Notes under the pieces: model-generated
The model's input: the letters and a program-made list of their open reading frames with translations, nothing else
The model's database searches: none
What the model was told of the DNA's origin: nothing
DNA from: Acidobacteriota bacterium
GTDB taxonomy: Bacteria > Acidobacteriota > Terriglobia > Terriglobales > Acidobacteriaceae
Reading direction: 5' to 3'
Length of the DNA: 64,000 nt
Assembly (NCBI GenBank): GCA_046728215.1
Contig: JBKPEB010000024.1
Coordinates: 13,600 to 77,599, forward strand
Part shown: positions 59,187 through 64,000 of the stretch, in pieces
Layout: each line of letters begins with the position of its first letter
Position numbering within the stretch: position 1 is the stretch's first letter
Position numbers and translations under genes: made by a program

Positions 59187-60722
59187 GTGCATCCGCTCGC
59201 GCACAGTACCGTCACCCACATTCTCCGTACGGAACTGGTCAAGGCCGGGGACCGGAGCGGTGTTGCCGTCTCTGGCGGTGCGGATTCGGTGGGGTTGCTT
59301 CGGCTCTTGCTGGAGCTTCGCGACGAGCTGGGCATCGTTGTCTCGGTCGTTCATTTCAATCACAAGCTGCGCGGAGCGGAATCGGACGATGACGAACGCT
59401 TCGTTTCGAAATTGGCCCAAGAGTTTGACCTTGAGCTTCACGTTTCGAGCGGCGATGCTGCCGCCCAAGCTAGCGCGAGCGGGGTTAGCCTAGAGACAGC
59501 GGCGCGCAATCTCCGCTACGCGTTCTTCGGAGAATTGCTGAGTGAACAGTTCGGGCGGCCGCCCACTCTCGACAAAATCGCTACCGGGCACACTCTCGAC
59601 GATCAGGCTGAAACCGTGATGATGCGCATCGTTCGCGGTACCGGCATGCGGGGGCTGGGCGGAATCTATCCGGTTTACGAGCTGGAGCAAGACGACGAAT
59701 TCGTCGGGGAGGTCATCCGCCCTCTGCTGGGAGCGCGCCACGATGAGCTCAGGCGTTACTTGAAAGACATCGGCCAGGAGTGGCGCGAGGACTCCAGCAA
59801 CTCCAACCTGAGGTTCATGCGCAATCGCTTCCGCCATCTGCTTATGCCGATGCTCGAGCGCGAGTTCAATCCTTCGGTGGCCGAAGGGCTGAGCGAACTG
59901 GCTGCCATTGCCCGAGGAGAAGAAGACTATTGGCAGAACGAAATTGCAGGATGGATGGGCACGGCCATTCACTGGTCGGAGCCCAACTGGGCGAAGCCGG
60001 GTCCGCAAGGCCTGGCGCAGTTGCAACCGTTCGACCCGCACGTGCAGGAGCGCCTCGGGGAGTCCGGCTCCCTGGTGATGAATGCCACGGTCGACCGGAT
60101 GTGGCTGCTTTCCGAGCCACTTGCGGTGCAGCGAAGAGCGATCAAGGCGGTCGGGGACTTGGCCGGGTTTCCTCTCGAGTTCAAACACGTGGAGGAAGTG
60201 CTCCGATTCGCCGGCGATGATGAGAACGCGGGAAAGAGGCTATCGTTGCCGCTAGGGTGGAGCGTCGAACTGGAACCTGCCGCCCTCATGTTCCGCACGC
60301 CCGACCTCCGCAAGCAAGATCGCGCCCCGACTGATTATCAGTATCCTTTGCCAGTACCCGGTCGGGCCATAGTGCCGGAGGCGGACGTTGTGATAGAAGC
60401 GGTGCGAGTCGTTCTAGGAGCGGAAGACGCGAGCCCAGATCTCGACCAGCTTTTCGATCCGTCATTGCTGCCGGGCGACCTGCATGTGAGGAATTGGCGT
60501 CCCGGAGACCGTTTCTGGCCGGCGCATACGAAATCCGTCAAAAAGATTAAGGAACTTCTTCAGGAACGCCATATCACGGGATCCTCACGCAAAGTATGGC
60601 CAGTGCTAGCCGCCGGAGAAGAGATCGTTTGGCTGCGAGGCTTCCCGATTCCCGAGGCTTTGCGCGCGAAAAATCCGGGAGGAGCCATTCTGATTCGTGA
60701 GAGATCGTTATCGGAAGAGTGA
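59187..60722 (+). CDS. tilS: tRNA(Ile)-lysidine synthetase
   Basis: The PP-loop is SGGADSVGLL, and a long C-terminal domain follows. Confidence 0.85.
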   Translation: MHPLAHSTVTHILRTELVKAGDRSGVAVSGGADSVGLLRLLLELRDELGIVVSVVHFNHKLRGAESDDDERFVSKLAQEFDLELHVSSGDAAAQASASGVSLETAARNLRYAFFGELLSEQFGRPPTLDKIATGHTLDDQAETVMMRIVRGTGMRGLGGIYPVYELEQDDEFVGEVIRPLLGARHDELRRYLKDIGQEWREDSSNSNLRFMRNRFRHLLMPMLEREFNPSVAEGLSELAAIARGEEDYWQNEIAGWMGTAIHWSEPNWAKPGPQGLAQLQPFDPHVQERLGESGSLVMNATVDRMWLLSEPLAVQRRAIKAVGDLAGFPLEFKHVEEVLRFAGDDENAGKRLSLPLGWSVELEPAALMFRTPDLRKQDRAPTDYQYPLPVPGRAIVPEADVVIEAVRVVLGAEDASPDLDQLFDPSLLPGDLHVRNWRPGDRFWPAHTKSVKKIKELLQERHITGSSRKVWPVLAAGEEIVWLRGFPIPEALRAKNPGGAILIRERSLSEE

Positions 60723-60769
60723 TCGTAGGGCCCGCCGCCATAAGAACTGTGGGAGGATCAAGCAATACG

Positions 60770-61327
60770 ATGAATACCCGCTCCAAAGTCGAGCCCTTGC
60801 GATCCATCATTTCTGCTGAGCAGATTCAAAAGCGGGTCCGCGAAATGGGACGCCAAATCTCCGACGATTACCAGGGCAAGACCGTTCACGTTCTGGCAAT
60901 TCTTGAAAACAGCTTCATGTTCATGGCTGATCTGGTGCGGGCCATGGATGTGCCCCTGACTTGTACCTTCGTAAAGCCGCGCTACCGGACGCAAACAGCC
61001 GGCCAAGAATCGGATATGCTGGAGATCCTGTTTAGCCACGAGCTCGCGATTCTAGGCAAGGACGTTCTGCTGGTGGAAGGGCTGGTGCACTCAGGCGTCA
61101 CTACGGAGTTTCTAATGAGTGACTTGCGGGCGCGTGGGGCATCCTCGGTGAAGCTTGCTACGCTGCTCGACCGGCAATCGGCCCGTCGCGTCCAGCTGCA
61201 GCCCGATTATTTCGGGTTTCTGGTGGATGAAGCATTCCTGGTGGGGTACGGGCTGGGGAGCGCGGAGCAGACCAACCGGAATCTTCCGTATTTGGCGGCA
61301 GCAAGCCAAACTAGCTTCGTGACTTAA
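60770..61327 (+). CDS. hpt: Hypoxanthine/guanine phosphoribosyltransferase family protein (divergent PRPP motif)
   Basis: It has an HPRT-like fold and sits in the conserved tilS-hpt-ftsH position. The PRPP-binding loop reads VLLVEGLVHSGVT rather than the usual V.EDIIDSG.T. Confidence 0.7.
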   Translation: MNTRSKVEPLRSIISAEQIQKRVREMGRQISDDYQGKTVHVLAILENSFMFMADLVRAMDVPLTCTFVKPRYRTQTAGQESDMLEILFSHELAILGKDVLLVEGLVHSGVTTEFLMSDLRARGASSVKLATLLDRQSARRVQLQPDYFGFLVDEAFLVGYGLGSAEQTNRNLPYLAAASQTSFVT

Positions 61328-61487
61328 GTCATAAGAACAAGAACCGCTTTTTTGTGGGCGGAACGAGTAAAATGGCTGTTCTCGGGTATTTGCCCAATCA
61401 AAAATCCGGCAACTGGCATCTAAAGTGTATAGGGCAGCCGGTTTCGTGTAGGTTATCACGACGCAGGTTGTTTACGAGGAGTCCTGA

Positions 61488-63392
<1,905 letters not shown>

Positions 63393-63411
63393 TCTCTGAA
63401 AACCCCAGAAC

Positions 63412-63442
63412 ATGGGCGGCCATTCGGCCGCCCATTTTTGTT
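63412..63442 (+). terminator. Rho-independent terminator after ftsH
   Basis: The hairpin ATGGGCGGCC-ATTC-GGCCGCCCAT is followed by TTTTTGTT. Confidence 0.8.
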
Positions 63443-63582
63443 CCCGCCCTTCTTACGGTTCACGAGCGAGGATTTCTGTCGCTCGACTGAATGAACCGTG
63501 TCGACGTACATTCTGGCAAAAACCAAAACTGCGCGAGCAACATCGCCTCGCGCAGTCCAGTGCCAGAGCCTTTTAAATTTGT

Positions 63583-64000
63583 CTAATTTGGCAGCTTGAA
63601 GTTGACCAGAATTTGCGTTTCGATCTGTACCGGATCACCGTTTAGGTAATAAGGCTTGTACTTCCACTGGCGAACCGCTTCGACTGCGGCGCGTCCGAGC
63701 ACCGAATCGCCGCTGACAACCTTCAGGTTCTGGATGTCCCCGGTCTTGCTGATGGTCGCCTGCAGTTGCACTGGACCCTGGATGCGCATCTGCAGCGCCT
63801 GCGACGGGTAGCGGGGCTGCACACGCTTCAGTACGAGCCCCTCCATCACTCCTTGTGAAACGCGAAGGAGTTGCGCGGTCGGCTTAGCCACGGCTGCGTT
63901 GCTGATGGTGGCCAGCGCTTTGGTATCGGCGGTCGTCTCTAAACCGATCGCGCTGGGTGCTTGAACGTTTTCCTGTTCCTGGGGAGCAGGTTGAGCTGCG
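63583..64000 (-). CDS. TonB family protein, C-terminal domain (3' portion; the gene continues beyond the window end)
   Basis: A TonB C-terminal fold (LKRVQPRYPSQALQMRIQGPVQLQATISKTGDIQNLKVVSGDSVLGRAAVEAVRQWKYKP). The frame stays open upstream to the window edge. Confidence 0.7.
   Translation of the reverse strand, partial: AAQPAPQEQENVQAPSAIGLETTADTKALATISNAAVAKPTAQLLRVSQGVMEGLVLKRVQPRYPSQALQMRIQGPVQLQATISKTGDIQNLKVVSGDSVLGRAAVEAVRQWKYKPYYLNGDPVQIETQILVNFKLPN

Overview
The window is a 64 kb high-GC (about 60 %) chromosomal segment. Its gene content (ECF41-type sigma factor, many TPR and secreted proteins, PQQ sugar dehydrogenase, TlpA/DsbA redoxins) points to Acidobacteriota, though that assignment is low confidence. 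I found about 60 protein-coding genes and no rRNA, tRNA, CRISPR array, transposase or integrase.

Named content:
- Housekeeping genes: the 3' part of an EF-G family gene, gatB, thrS, tilS-hpt-ftsH, panB-panC, thiL, glmM and a cold-shock protein gene.
- An LPS inner-core cluster: waaA, lpxK, hldA, hldC, a heptosyltransferase and an ICMT/PEMT-like methyltransferase.
- A cdaA-cdaR-glmM operon (c-di-AMP).
- An ECF41 sigma factor with a divergent carboxymuconolactone-decarboxylase-family gene.
- Redox and repair genes: TlpA, DsbA-like, Bcp, Ogt, Mpg and a DinB-family protein.
- A GH1 beta-glucosidase, an acyl-CoA carboxyltransferase, an orphan OppD-like ABC ATPase and several secreted or hypothetical proteins.

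No complete novel multi-gene system, defence or otherwise, is evident. What stands out instead:
- Heptamer GTCGTTG/CAACGAC repeat arrays and phased AT-rich ATGG repeats bracket a lower-GC deoxynucleoside-kinase gene.
- A canonical ECF41 promoter motif sits in front of a frameshifted CMD-family gene.
- A 24-bp perfect palindrome lies upstream of a DUF2306-TPR fusion gene.
- A 5'-truncated, frameshifted CPA2 antiporter remnant sits next to a repeat-containing non-coding stretch.
- Two low-GC islets contain degraded ORFs (38.3-38.8 kb; 58.67-59.08 kb, the latter with an in-frame amber codon).
- Two glycine-zipper secreted proteins are paralogues of each other.
- Two intergenic regions are unusually long.

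At least four genes carry apparent single-base frameshifts. These may be pseudogenes or assembly indel errors; I cannot tell which from sequence alone.
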